A DNA stretch of 64,000 bases, taken from assembly GCA_964106645.2 (NCBI GenBank), contig OZ067045.1. The stretch is one strand, 5' to 3'. Below the pieces are notes generated by a model that saw only the letters and a list, made by a program, of their open reading frames with translations, did no database searches and was not told the DNA's origin. The translations under genes were made by a program, and so were the position numbers. This document shows positions 24,993 through 37,440 of this stretch, piece after piece. The number at the start of each line of letters is the position of its first letter. The stretch's first letter is position 1. Source of the DNA: Podarcis pityusensis (taxonomy: Eukaryota).

Positions 24993-25291
24993 CGGTGGTT
25001 TCCAAACTTCCCACCCACAGTCCACTTGAAAACTGCTGAGCGTCAGGGTGGACCACTTAATGGTTTTTCTGCCTGTTGTTTAGGAACTGTAACACACTGT
25101 GCATTACAATTTTATGGAATTCAAACTGTAATACAATAAAATACAAAATATAAGAAACAAAAGAAGCAAGAGAAATATAATTAAAATCAATATGAGTATT
25201 TAATGTGATGGATGTCTTCAGCCACAAATCGTGGCATGGATCACCTGAATGAAGTGTGAATGGTCTGTGGACTGCAGTTTGGGAACCCCTG
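24993..25291. mobile_element. hAT (Charlie-like) MITE
   Basis: TIRs CGGTGGTTTCCAAACT / AGTTTGGGAACCCCTG. Perfect 8-bp TSD ATCTAGAA (24985-24992, 25292-25299), fitting the NTCTAGAN Charlie target preference. Confidence 0.88.
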
Positions 25292-26263
25292 ATCTAGAAA
25301 CATGGTAAAGAAAAGAGAGGGAACAAAGTAGACAGTGGCCAGAGGAAGTAATGGGTGGTAGGGACATGGGAGTTGGAAAAGGAGGGTTGGAGACAGGAGG
25401 GTCTGGGTACAGGAGTAAAAGGAGCAGCCAAGGGGCATATGGTTGCTTTGCCTATACAGAGACATTTCATCAGTTATGACCTCTGCTATCACTGCAGCAC
25501 TGTGAGCCTGGCAAGCAAAGGGACAGCGACACAAAGACTAAGAAGCAGCAGAGATGGTATGACTGAATTTCACACTGATTTTAAATTACTAGCCAAGTTT
25601 CGGTTCATGTGCCCTGTTAATGGATTCTGCTAAGCACAATTATTTGGCAGTACAGCTCAACTTAAAACTGGGTTGGGTTACCTATCAATGGCATGAAAAT
25701 TATGGTTTTATGTACAAAAGGATGGCATCTGGTGATTCGATTCATTAATGAGAGATTATTGTCTTGCGAGAAAGGAATGTCCTGGAAGATCCCATTCCTT
25801 TCCAATGGATGACTCATTTCAAGAGTAAGGTGTATAGCCAGCACTCTGGTAGCATCACTGAGCCATGATCATGTCTCTGCCAAAGGCAGGGAGTTCAGGT
25901 TGAATGCTTCAGGCATAATGGAATGAGGCCAATAAACCAGCTCCAGTTAGGAAGTAGAATGCAAAATTGCACATATTCCAAGGGTCCAGACCCTCATTCA
26001 CCTTACATTCAGTGTTCAAAAGACACTGCTGTGCGCCAGCCAACCAGCCGATCTGTAGAGATGCCTTGTCGTTGTTTTATTCTGGATTGCTTTATTTATG
26101 GCTTTAATGTGTTGTAACCAACTTTGAGATTTTTTCTTTGAAATACAAAGTGGTATAGAAGTGAAATTAACAACAACAAATTCCATTCAGGAAAAGAAAT
26201 GCAACTAGACATTCCTTTGTGGCAACTGTAACCCAGGTTTAAGGTGCCATTATTTGGTGATTA

Positions 26264-26521
26264 CCGTATTTTTCGCTCTATAAGACACACCAGACCACAA
26301 GACGCACCTAGTTTTTGGAGGAGGAAAACAAGAAAAAAAATATTCTGAATCTCAGAAGCCAGAACAGCAAGAGGGATCGCTGCGCAGTGAAAGCAGCAAT
26401 CCCTCTTGCTGTTCTAGCTTCTGGAATAGCTGCGCAGCCTGCATTCGCTCCTAAGATGCAAACACATTTCCCCTTACTTTTTAGGAGTGAAAAAGTGAGT
26501 CTTATAGAGCAAAAAATACGG
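26264..26521. mobile_element. Tc1/mariner-superfamily (Tc2/pogo-like) MITE
   Basis: TIRs CCGTATTTTTCGCTCTATAAGAC / GTCTTATAGAGCAAAAAATACGG, TA TSD on both sides, internal palindrome. Confidence 0.9.
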
Positions 26522-26644
26522 TAGCTTATATATCTAAGTTTCTAACAGTTCCTTAAGCTTAAGCAGTTCCTTAAGCTTTTTGAAATTGGCCTTCTTAAAG
26601 TCCAGTGCATGTCCAACTACACTCAGTTTTCCCTTGGCTGTGTA

Positions 26645-26854
26645 CAGTGGTACCTCTGGTTACATACTTAATTTGTTCCGGAGGTCCGTTCTTAACCTGA
26701 AGCACCACTTTAGCTAATGGGACCTCCTGCTGCTGCCGCGCCGCCCGCTGTGCAATTTCTGTTCTCATCCTGAAGCAAAGTTCTTAACCCGAGGTACTAT
26801 TTCTGGGTTAGCGGAATCTGTAACCTGAAGCGTATGTAACCTGAGGTACCACTG
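26645..26854. mobile_element. Tigger/pogo-like MITE
   Basis: TIRs CAGTGGTACCTCTGGTTAC / GTAACCTGAGGTACCACTG; TA TSD. Confidence 0.9.
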
Positions 26855-27368
26855 TATAATGAAACCCAGGAGGATATAATCACTTCTTCCCAAGGTTCCC
26901 TGTACTTTCACTTCTTTCCTGCCTGTTGGTGAGCACCGGGTCAAAGAGAGATGACCTGCTTCTGGGAAACAAAATTGTCAGCGAGACAACTGAGGAATTT
27001 GTTGGACCTTTCATTCTTGGCAGAGTATGAGTTCCAATAGATATTGGAGTAATTGATATTGGAGTCTGTCATGACTACTATATCACTCTCCTTTTTGAAT
27101 GTTTGGTAATCTGCTCTCGGAAGGAATCATCCAAGTCCTCAATCTGGCTTGGAGGTCTATGAGCAGACACCCACAATAAGGTCACTGCTGTTTTCCTCTC
27201 CTACAATTTTTACCCATATACTTCCAATCTGCCTTCCATGCTCCAGGTCATGGATTTCTTCACAAGCATGCACATCCTTTATATATGATGCTACTCCTGC
27301 TCCTTTCCTGTTTGTTCTATTTCATCTGAGTGAGTTGTACCCCCCAATTTCTACATTCCAGTCATGAG

Positions 27369-27458
27369 CATAGCTGTCAACGTTTCCCTTTTTTTAAGGG
27401 AAATTCCCTTATTCCGAATAGCATTCCTCACAAGAAAAGGGAAAAGTTGACAGCTATG
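27369..27458. mobile_element. 90-bp hAT-type micro-MITE
   Basis: TIRs CATAGCTGTCAACGTTTCCCTTTT / AAAAGGGAAAAGTTGACAGCTATG. Perfect 8-bp TSD GTCATGAG; removing the element restores the CR1 sequence. Confidence 0.92.
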
Positions 27459-29698
27459 GTCATGAGTCTCATCTCACCAGCTTTCAGTATTAGGTCATGT
27501 TTGCCATCCTGTATTAAGAGTTCAAGTTTTTCTTGCCTGTTTTCCATACTCTGGGCATTCATGTAGAGACAACTGAAACCAGGAGTCATTCATCCTCACA
27601 CTGCTGCCTCTGTCTCCCTCCATTGGGAGTCACCACACATCTCTCCTCTGGGGACTGCAGGAATCGTTCTGTACACTATCTTCCACTTGGTATGTTCTGA
27701 GGCCTGTAACCACTGTACTTGCTCCTCTGGCCAGGAACTGGTGTCTGAGGTGAGGACATGGAACTGATTTTGTAATTCCAGAGACACAGCTTGGCTCCTG
27801 ACAGTCCTGCTTTTTCGTGTCACGCTCCAATCTCCTGCATCATTTCCCCTCCTACCACTAGATGGCAATGCTCCTCTGTTCTCACTGTATTTTGAATTTA
27901 AAAATCACCTGCCACTGGCAGGTTTTCTCTTGCCAGATTTTCCCCTTCTGCCATAAACTGCTTAGGATTTGTTACTCAGGATTTCAAAATACAGTGGATA
28001 AATTAAACTCTTGAACACCATACTTTCTGGCTGCTCAAACATATTTGTTCCACTGACTGCTTTGATCCTGCAAATCTGCTCTGGCTCCTGGAAGGTATCA
28101 GAGGGGTGGGAAGTGTTCTAGCGGGGGGGGATCTCTCAAAGTAGGGTTGCCATACATCCGGATTTTCCTGGACATGTCTGGGATTCCAATGCCAGAATTA
28201 GTGTCCGGGGGGAATTTCAGACAATCACTTAAATGTCTGGATTTTTTTAAATTTCTCCCCAAAAGGCTTAACAATGCCCCCCCCCAAAAGCTTATGTCAA
28301 GGGGACTTCTTACCCTCCCACTACTCTACTTTTCTGGTTCTTTTTTTTTATTCTGTTGTTTGGGTTTGAGTTTAGTTTATTGTGTTACTTTGTGGTTTAA
28401 TCTTGTAAACCTTCATGATAGCGGAAAACAATTTCCTGGTAGCCATGCAACACATAGCAAGAGAAGCACACAAAAAAACATAGATGGTGAGCATCTTGTG
28501 ATGAGGATGGCTTCTTCTGGGAGACATACATGTACCATCCAGAAACAGTTTTTTCCTACAGCATTAACTTTTTTTCAAGCTGCAGTCAGATTCAGTTAGA
28601 TCGATGGACATTATCATTTCTTTTAATTGTGTCACAGTCCCAAAAATACAGATATCGCTTTGTCCTGGGCCAGACATGATCTAGATTTGATTATCTAGGT
28701 ACAGTTCTCAGACTTGGATCATTTTTTTCCTAACAGAAATTTGTTCAGACATTGTTTTGTTATCAGAGTTTAAGGGAGAACCCCAATTTATAAACGGATT
28801 ACATTATTATTTTGATTAAATATTGAAGCACGGTGCCCTTTTCCAGTAGGAATAACTGGAGAGGGTTCCTTAGCCTGGTGCTTTCAGTGGGGGTTGCCAG
28901 AGTGTTCTGTAACAGGCTGCAGTGTCTTCTAGCTTCTCTTTTCAGGGAACAGAGAACAGCAGCAAAAGCAGTCTCTGTTCTGAAATCAGTTTGAAGAAAT
29001 GTTCATACTCTGGCTCCTCAAAACAGCGTGTGTGCACGAGAAAGACAGAGAGAGAGAGAGAGAGAGGAGGCAAGTTGTGAGAGGCTTGCAGGCATCCTAT
29101 TACGCTGAATTATTTGCAGGATCTTTCATCTTCTTTGCTGTCACAGGATGAAAATAATGAACTACTGCATGTCAACACACACCCCTTACACAAAGCTAAG
29201 CTGTGCCTTATTTACTACCCAAATAGAATGCCTAGTAAATATTTATGAGAAAAAAGATATAAAAATTGTGTGAGATTGGTGTAGAAGTAAGAGTATGTAG
29301 AATCTGGGAATTTACCATCAGTGTGGTAATTGGAAGCCTTCCTGGAAGTGCCCTTTTAGAGGGTAGCCCTATGTCCTGTTGCAGGAGCATGGAGGCAGCT
29401 AATGATTCAGATTTGTTCAGTTAATTCTCAGTCAACTGGCAAAATGCTCCCCATCAGTTAACATGAGAGTGCCAAAGACATTTATATTGAAGATGAGGGT
29501 GTTTCTCTGCAGCCATTTTTCATTCCTTTTCACCGATTACACATACAAAATTACAAAGCTACTTTCTTATTCTAACTCTCAGCAAACAATACAGTGTAAA
29601 TATAAAATACAGAACTCTTATTCCAGCTGATTATCATTCAGTCCTGGCTACTCTGGGCCCAAAACCAGGTAAACAGACCCTGTTTGATTAGATCTTCT

Positions 29699-30279
29699 CA
29701 GTGTTAGAAACCAGATATATAAACTAATTGCCAAATGTCATCTTAAATCTAGGTTACAGTCACCACAACAGTATGTCTAGGCGCTATTCCCACCCCGCCC
29801 CCCGTGAAACTGGTTGTTGTTGTTGTTGTTGTTGTTAATTTCATTTCAATTCTGCTCAATGTTTTAAAGAAACAATCTCAAAGCAGTTTGCAAACACATT
29901 AAAACGTCAAATCAAACAATCCAGAATAAAACCAATTCAAGCTTCAAGGGAAATATTTCAGATCCTTCTCTAAGTGACATATTGCTTTCCCCATATTTAT
30001 TTACCTACTTAATTTATATCGCTGCCCCATAGCAGAAGTATTCTAGAAAGCCAGTGTGATGCAGTGGTTAGATTAGGACATGGGCGATCGGGGTTCAAAT
30101 CCCCACACTCAGTCATGAAGCTCCCTGGGTGACCTTGGGCCAGTCAAAGCCTCTTAACTACCTTACAGGGTCGTTAATCCCTACAACTGAGGAGGGGAGT
30201 GAACCATGTACTCCTTGGGGGAAAAGGTGGGATATAAATGCAGTACATAAGCTCTTCTGCTTATCTCCTTAAGAAAGTT
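29699..30279 (+). repeat. Composite repeat unit (CAGTGTTAGAAA-headed module, AT-rich module, Squam3-like SINE); inverted partner at 44982-45479
   Basis: Collinear reverse-complement similarity, e.g. GCTGCCCCATAGCAGAAGTATTCTAG, TTCAAGGGAAATATT, TCTTCTGCT...TTAAGAAAG. Confidence 0.8.
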
Positions 30280-30284
30280 ATGGC

Positions 30285-30444
30285 TATTTGACAGTGGAAT
30301 GGCCTCCACAGGAAGGTGGTGGACACTCCTTCATTGGAGGTTGAATGGCCATCTGTCATGGATGCTTTAGTTGAGATTCCTGCATGGAAGGGGTATGAAC
30401 TAGGGGCCCCTCGGGGTGCCTTCTAATAAAATTCTATGATTCTA
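30285..30444 (+). mobile_element. CR1 3' end fragment
   Basis: GGCCATCTGTCATGGATGCTTTAG...TTCTATGATTCTA tail; similar to 16430-16550. Confidence 0.8.
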
Positions 30445-33400
30445 AGCACTGTGAGCTGGTGATTACAGGTCAAGTATCCTTACATTCACTTATCACATTA
30501 CTGCTTCCCACTGTTTTTTGCCTGAGATGTCTCACCCCACCAATATGTCCACTCCGGTGTGCAAGTCAAGAGTCATTTCCAGAAGAACTCGAGGATTACG
30601 TACCACAGTAACAAAGAAGATGGGCACTGCCAAATGCAGGTTCTTTCCAAGCATGGGAAAGTATCATTACTTAATAAAAAACATGAATTTATACCCAGTT
30701 CACTTCTCTGACCCAAATGATACAAAGAACCAGACCTTTCTCAAAGGTCTGTAACCCCCTGCCTTTCACGGTAACCTGCCCCTTTTTAAAAGAAAAAAGA
30801 AAAACTATACTTGCTTAGTTTCAGCATTTGGTTCTCTCAGTCCATTAACACATTGACTTCACGGGGAAAACTGCTTTCAAACTAAGGGGACCTACAAAAG
30901 CATTATGGGATATGGCATGGGATGGGGAGGCTTGTCTCATGGGCTAATTGAAGACCAGTGTGGTGTAGCTGGCAGGTGTCCAATGTATTAATGTTAAACC
31001 CTGGTCTTCAGTTCCATTCAAACATTATCTTGGCGGCCTTGGGCTAGTAATTGCTGTAACTAACCTACCTCAGAAGATTGCTGTTAGAAATAAAAGCATA
31101 TGTGCCCCATATCTCTATTTCCAGACCCTCCTACAGGTCAATCACAAAAAACCCCACCTCAAATATCCATCCAACTTGGGTTTGCCTAAAGTAGCACTTC
31201 GGATCTGTGGGTCAGGGACTAATTATTCCAGGCCTCCAGGCAACCAACCAAGGAAACTTTTTAAAACTTAAAACTGATCTCTCCCCCAACTCTGCAACAC
31301 GCCTCCCCAGGCTGCCCCTGGCCTGGTCCACAAACAACCAACACCAGCAAGAATCCTAGGAATTCAGGATTTATCCTGCAATATTCTCTTCTCACTCTCA
31401 GGAATATGTGAAGTGAGGCTAATGATTTGCTGCTACCAAAACTTGAGCTGATAGAACCTTCCATATGTTCACTTTGTGCCATGGACTGCACTTTTTCAGG
31501 CTAGGTGACACACAAAAAACAGAGTTAAAGCTGCTGAAGAGTTAAGTTAGCTTTACCTCCTTGGTCAAACACCTCTGTTTAGCAACATCTGCAAAACTAA
31601 AGCATTACCGTCTTGGAGTACAAGTCAATTAACTCAAACAGCCTCTGAACCTAATAGCTTAGTAAACATGCCAAGAGCACAGGTACCTGAGGTGACCTAA
31701 TTTTCTATTAGTGCTGATCTATTAGTGTTGAAAAGGAAAGTGCGAAGATGCTCTCTAGGAAGTTCAGATGTAAAAATAAGGCAGAACTGAGAATAAAACA
31801 CTCACTTAAACACATGACACATTAAAAGCAACTGTGCTTGCAGGCAAGAGAACACTTTTAAAAACTGCAAACTGAGCTGCAGAGGAAAGCACTCCACAAA
31901 GCACACCACAATCCACATTTTTAATACCACCACACTTTATAACAGCAGGTTAATCAGTTAACTAAATGGGGGGGGGGACACAGAGGGAAGCACGGAATGG
32001 AAACTGTCCCTCCCAAGTCAAGACCAACCAAGCCACAGAGCTTGTTCGGGATTGGGGTGGGGAACCATCTGTAGACCCCCACATTTGTGCAGTCAACCTT
32101 TCCGCAACACCCTGGGGTCCATACAAGGTGCCAAACATGGAGTATGAAAATTAGATGCATTCTTTCATTCATTCCATAAATTTTATATACTTGATTTTTG
32201 GGGGCGGACGGCAGACCTCAAAGTGGTACACGAACTAAACAATGTGTTTTCCCCAAGCTGACACAGCAGATGGGATTCCTAAGCCTCTCACTTTTCATTT
32301 TCAAGTAAAGCAAACTATTAGGCTTGAACTGCAGAGAGGAACTGAGAGAATATTCTATGTTCTGTGGAAGGTTCAAGTTGAGGCCTGGATGGGGGGTGGC
32401 TGACAGTGTATGGGAGAGGGAAGAGAAGTTTCCATGCTCCATATCCTCCCTTCACAGTCTTTTCCAGGGCTCCTGTCCCTTATCAATCTTATCCTTGGAC
32501 GTAACCAAAAAGCCGTAACTAGAAATCAAAAGATAAACTGAACTACTGCACTATCAGCCAAGTAATCTGCAGAAGGATCATAGGCATGAATGCAAATCTA
32601 CATAATGTGCAGAACTGATTTTACACATTTCTTTAAGACAGAACTTAAGATTTCTTTCTGGCATAGAGCACTAACACAGCTCTAAACTCGGTGTATCATT
32701 TTCAATTCAGTTTTCATCAGGAGAGACAGCAAAATTTCCCTGTAATCCCTTAAACTCCAGAAATTCAAGCCGTTCCAAACCCCAAACAGGTTATTGGACT
32801 CTGATTCGCTCTTCATATACACTTACAGCCGGGGGGGGGGGGAGGACCAGTGACCTCAGAAGAATTTTATTTATGTGCCTTTCTAATGAAGTCTAATCTG
32901 ATTAGCCGACACATTGTAAAAGAGCCAATCTCAAGTGATCCAATAATCAACGCTTGTTTTCAGACACACGTAGGCAGAAGTAATTACAACTAATTCCTAC
33001 ACACAAGTCCCATCCTTCTCCCAAAGCCTCCATACTTGTATAGGAGACAACACAGTAGAGTGAAATGAAGCATGTGAGACTTTTGAAACAAGATCAGGAT
33101 CGGCCTTGAGAATTCACTTGTTTCCTTGGCACGCTACTTAACCTGAGTTTCTCTACCTGCAGAATGGGGAAAACTAGTGACCTACCTCAGAGGGATACTG
33201 GAGAAAAGAATAAGGAAGCGTTAACATCCATCGAGTCTTTGAAACAGAGTGAAATGTAAATTCAGGAAACAAGCAAGCAGCATACAAGAGAATATGGTCT
33301 GAAGATCCAACATATCCTTTCATCAAGGCAAACTAACTTTGTCCTCACAACTCTGACCTACATAAGACGGAGGAATCAGCTGGTGGCCATGTGTCACGTC

Positions 33401-34041
33401 CTACTAGTTAATATTGTCATATGACCGTGTCGATAAACAACTACTGTAATTCCCCCCTAGCTAAAAATAGGCCAGTGCTCAGGCAGAGTCCAGAGGTTCT
33501 TAGTCAGGCACAACACACCGGTTTCTTGATTTACATACAGATTACAAGGTGACAGTAAAGGACTGGTTAAGCATGTTAATGACCTCCAAATTTTGGACTT
33601 GTGTCTAATAAGCAGAATTTGGAACACATCCTACAGGTAAACACATGTGCCTTAATTTGAAATGGGTGGTGAAATACATTTAAGTGTGTTATTTCACCTG
33701 GTATTCTTGTAGACAATGGCCTTAAGAGAGATATTCAAAATGCTTCCAGTACCCAGATACGAGGTCTTCCTTAGGACTATTATTATTTCAAAAACTCTAG
33801 TAGTATTGATTTACATAAGGTGCAACACCAAGCCAAGGGGGATGGGAATTACATATGATAATATATCTGGAGTGGGTTGGCAGGGGTTTTAGCAGTTTGT
33901 GCTAAAATGTAGAGATGATTTTTTAAAAATAAACAAACCTGTCCCACTCTTTAAAAAAAGACTTTAAAAACAGAGGATATATGTGTTTTCTGAGTCACTT
34001 TATGTTTATATATGATTTGAAGTGTTATAGTAGCTGCGAGC

Positions 34042-34412
34042 GGGTGGCGCTGTGGAGGGACGCGGGTGGCGCTGTGGGTAAAACCTCAGCGCCTAGAACT
34101 TGCCGATCACATGGTCGGCAGTTCGAATCCCCGCGGCGGGGTGCGCTCCCGTCATTCGGTCCCAGCGCCTGCCAACCTAGCAGTTCGAAAGCACCCCCGG
34201 GTGCAAGTAGATAAATAGGGACCGCTTACCAGCGGGAAGGTAAACGGCGTTCCGTGTGCTGCGCTGGCTCGCCAGATGCAGCTTGTCACGCTGGCCACGT
34301 GACCCGGAAGTGTCTGCGGACAGCGCTGGCTCTCGGCCTATAGAGTGAGATGAGCGCACAACCCTAGAGTCTGGCAAGACTGGCCCGTACGGGCAGGGGT
34401 GCCTTTACCTTT
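34042..34412 (+). mobile_element. Young Sauria SINE
   Basis: tRNA-like head (GGTGGCGCTGTGG, GTTCGAATCCC), CCTTTACCTTT tail, CpG-rich. Perfect 14-bp TSD TAGTAGCTGCGAGC (34028-34041, 34413-34426). Confidence 0.93.
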
Positions 34413-34999
34413 TAGTAGCTGCGAGCATGTTTTAAGCTGGAAATCTCATGCTCATCTCTCACCTCTGCCATGCACTAACTGCAGGGCCTCAGCAAGCCAC
34501 TCTGATTCAACCATAGTCTGAGCCTGCCATCTCTAATAGAGGGGGAACCTATAGTCCTTTTTTGTCAGCCCACTGGTTCATCTAGATGTGCTGAACCAAA
34601 GCTGAGATGTTCTGGGAGCTCTGCAAACACCATCTGGATAGTCAAGTTAACTCTACAATTACTTTAACTGGTAGTTGTTGCAAGATTGAGCTGATATATA
34701 ATCATATTTGCTTGCTTTGATGCTATGCTTATCTCTGGGCCCTGGGATGCTGGGCTCTTGGCCCAGAGAGGGAAGCTATCTTTAAGCCTTGGATATTTGC
34801 CATCTATGCCCTCATAGGTCAGGTGGATTGATGGGAGGTTCTGGTCAAACTTACTTATGTTGTTGTTTGTATAAGTAATGCTTACATTATACAAATTAGC
34901 ACCTTGTGGACAAATCACAGTAACCTCTCACTGTTGTGGTGTCCGGTCCTAGGTCTGTAAAGCCACTGAGGCTTTGTAAGCTGCATTGTACGTTTACAC

Positions 35000-35387
35000 C
35001 AGAGGTCGGCAACCTAAGCCCCATGGGCCGGAAGTGGCCCATGAGGGTCACTTAACCGGCCTATGAGCCACCCCCGAACCGAGCTGCCCATTCGGTGAGT
35101 CCCCGCACGCTGCGCTAAACTGGCACAGCACGGCGCGGTGACTCTCTTCCCTGGCTCCGAAAATCACGTCTGCGCGTATCTGCGGTGCCAGAAATCACTT
35201 CTGTGCATGCCCAGATGCCGGAAATCGCTTCTGCGCAGGAGCGATTTCGGGTGCCTGGGTATGCACAGAAGCGATTTCCGGCGCTGTGGACATGCGCAGG
35301 CGCAATTTCCAACTGCACCAGTTCAGCCCACAGAGGATCTCCGCGGGTGTGATCCGGCCCATGCCCAGTAAGCCTTGCTGACCCCTG
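35000..35387. mobile_element. hAT MITE with internal ~36-bp tandem repeats
   Basis: TIRs CAGAGGTCGGCAA / TTGCTGACCCCTG; 8-bp TSD GTTTACAC/GTTTGCAC. Repeated GAAATCGCTTCTG units occur in both orientations. Confidence 0.85.
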
Positions 35388-36499
35388 GTTTGCACCTTTC
35401 TTTAATAAAGCACTAGAAATGGCCACTCTGGCGTTTTTGACATCCTTGTTTGGTATCCCTGCATCAAACCACTTAACTCAGGCTCTCTTTTGGGCCTGCA
35501 ATTCACAACACTCAGCAAGTATGGCTTACTCTGACTAGCACCAGCTCTCCTGGTGTCTTTCCAGTTCAGCTGCCCAATAAGCTTTCAACTGAATATGATA
35601 TCAGCTCTCCCAAGATTTCAGACAGAGATTTCCCATTCCCCGAATCCTTTTGGTAGAGATGTCAGGTATTAAATCTAGAACTGTGAACATGCAAAACATA
35701 ATGCTCCACTGCTAATTAGCCATGAAAGCTTGAAATTCGGATCTCTTGCCAGCATCCTTTCTATTTATGACAAGTAGTGCTAAATTCACACCAATATCTG
35801 GAACTGAGTTCATCCACAGTCTAATTCCCCAACTGGGAACGTGAGTAACCAAAGCAGCCCAAGGTTATGGTCAAACTTTCCAAGAACTTCTGAGAATTGT
35901 CTTTCTTCAGCCAGCATAGCAAAAAAGAAACATTCCCAACCCTTAGGCCTGTTTTTGAAAACCTGGTGTGAAAACTGAGCAGGTTCAGACAGTATGTCCT
36001 TAGACGTTACTAGCCAGACTCCCTACAAGTTTACAGAAAATTTTTCAACCTGATCACCTGAAGACAACATTTCCTCATGGGAATCATGTGAGCAGCTATT
36101 TACAAAACCCAGGTTCAGGTGTTCTGGCGATAAGCAGCAACAGTAGTGATCTGGCACAACCGTTTTTTAGTCTACCAAGCTGCAAAAGTGCTTCTTCCAA
36201 TACACTCATGGGCACCTTATGCACAAATAAAATTTCTAAATGCAAGTAGCAAGCATCCATGCAGAGAACAGCATCCTCCAGATATAGCTATGTGTAGATA
36301 CATGGACAGCAAATGTCAGACATTACCATTTTGATCAGAGGTGTCCTTGAACAAGGTTTGGGGAAAGAACAGAAGATTGCCGCCCACACCTGCTGTTGCA
36401 AAAACAGCAGCAAAAGACCCAGCAAAAAATGATAGTCATAAGAGCCAGACTGTCACACTATTTATGTATTTATTTAGTGTCTGTCAATGACATGCTAGG

Positions 36500-37440
36500 C
36501 TATGGGACTGGGTTATATTGCCCAAGACCAAACAGTACACTGTTCATACCAACAGCTCCATTAATTATGAATCCTGAAATCTGGGACCCCCTCCAAACCG
36601 GCACCAAAATTTTGCAATCTTTTTGAAGCATGCTCAAAGCATAGTAAGTGATACATCAACCCGGAGCTTGTCATTAACACCATTCAAAATACATCATTCT
36701 CCTCCTATTTACTCCAAACTGGTGCCAAGCGGCTGCAATTGTTTTGCAGTGCAAACCCTATGTTTTGCAGCACCTCAAAAAATGAGTAATTGGTACTCAA
36801 ACCGGGGGTCATAGGTATCACCCAAGAAACCAACACTGTCCAATTCACTCCAAACCACTATCAACATTTTGCAGCTGCTTTGCAGCATTTTGTAGGGCAA
36901 ACCCTACACTTTGCAGTGCGTGCCCCCCGCCCAAAGTACAGTAAGTGATATATCTAACCAGGGCCCCTAGTTAACACCACTCAGAATCCAACACAGTCTT
37001 GATTTACTCCAAACTGGTGCCAAAGTTCAATCAGTGATTTACTCCAAACCTGTGCCATATTTTTGTACAGTGGTGCCTTGCAAGACGAAATTAATCCGTT
37101 CCGCAAGTATCTTCGTCTAGCGGTTTTTTCGTCTTGCGAAGCAACCCTATTAGCGGCTTAGCGCTATTAGCGGTTTAGCGGCTATTAAAGGCTTAGCGGC
37201 TTAGCTGCTAAAAGGCTATTAAAGGCTTAGCGGCTTAGAAAAAGGGGGGGCGGGCGAAAAAAAAATCTCAAGACTCGCAAGACATTTTCGTCTTGCAAAG
37301 CAAACCCATAGGGAAATTCGTCCTGCGAAGCGCATTGAAAAACGGAAAACCCTTTTGTCTAGCGGGTTTTCCGTCTTGCGAGGCATTCGTCTTGCGGGGC
37401 AGCACTGTAATTGTTTTCAGCATTTTGCAGTGCTCTTCTA
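36500..37440. repeat. Degenerate ~150-bp tandem array, interrupted by a MITE
   Basis: Recurring ACTCCAAAC(T/C)G, AGTAAGTGATA, GCAAACCCTA and TTTTGCAG motifs at roughly 140-160 bp spacing. Confidence 0.65.
37068..37407. mobile_element. Tigger/pogo-like MITE with internal TTAGCGGC repeats
   Basis: TIRs CAGTGGTGCCTTGCAAGACGAA / TTCGTCTTGCGGGGCAGCACTG; TA TSD. Confidence 0.9.

Larger units (their letters stand above)
26560..27870 (-). mobile_element. CR1 LINE fragment (ORF1 piece plus ORF2 endonuclease), interrupted by two MITEs
   Basis: Reverse complement aligns by eye with the CR1 at ~14000-14480 (e.g. TGAGACTCATGACTGGAATGTAG, AAGGCCAATTT). ORF1-like SLELQNQFHVL appears in track ORF 27596-27868. 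Confidence 0.8.

Noticed and set aside
35150-37240. Repeat clusters superficially like CRISPR arrays
   Set aside because: Vertebrate intron; repeats are degenerate, lack unique spacers and lie within MITEs or a tandem array.
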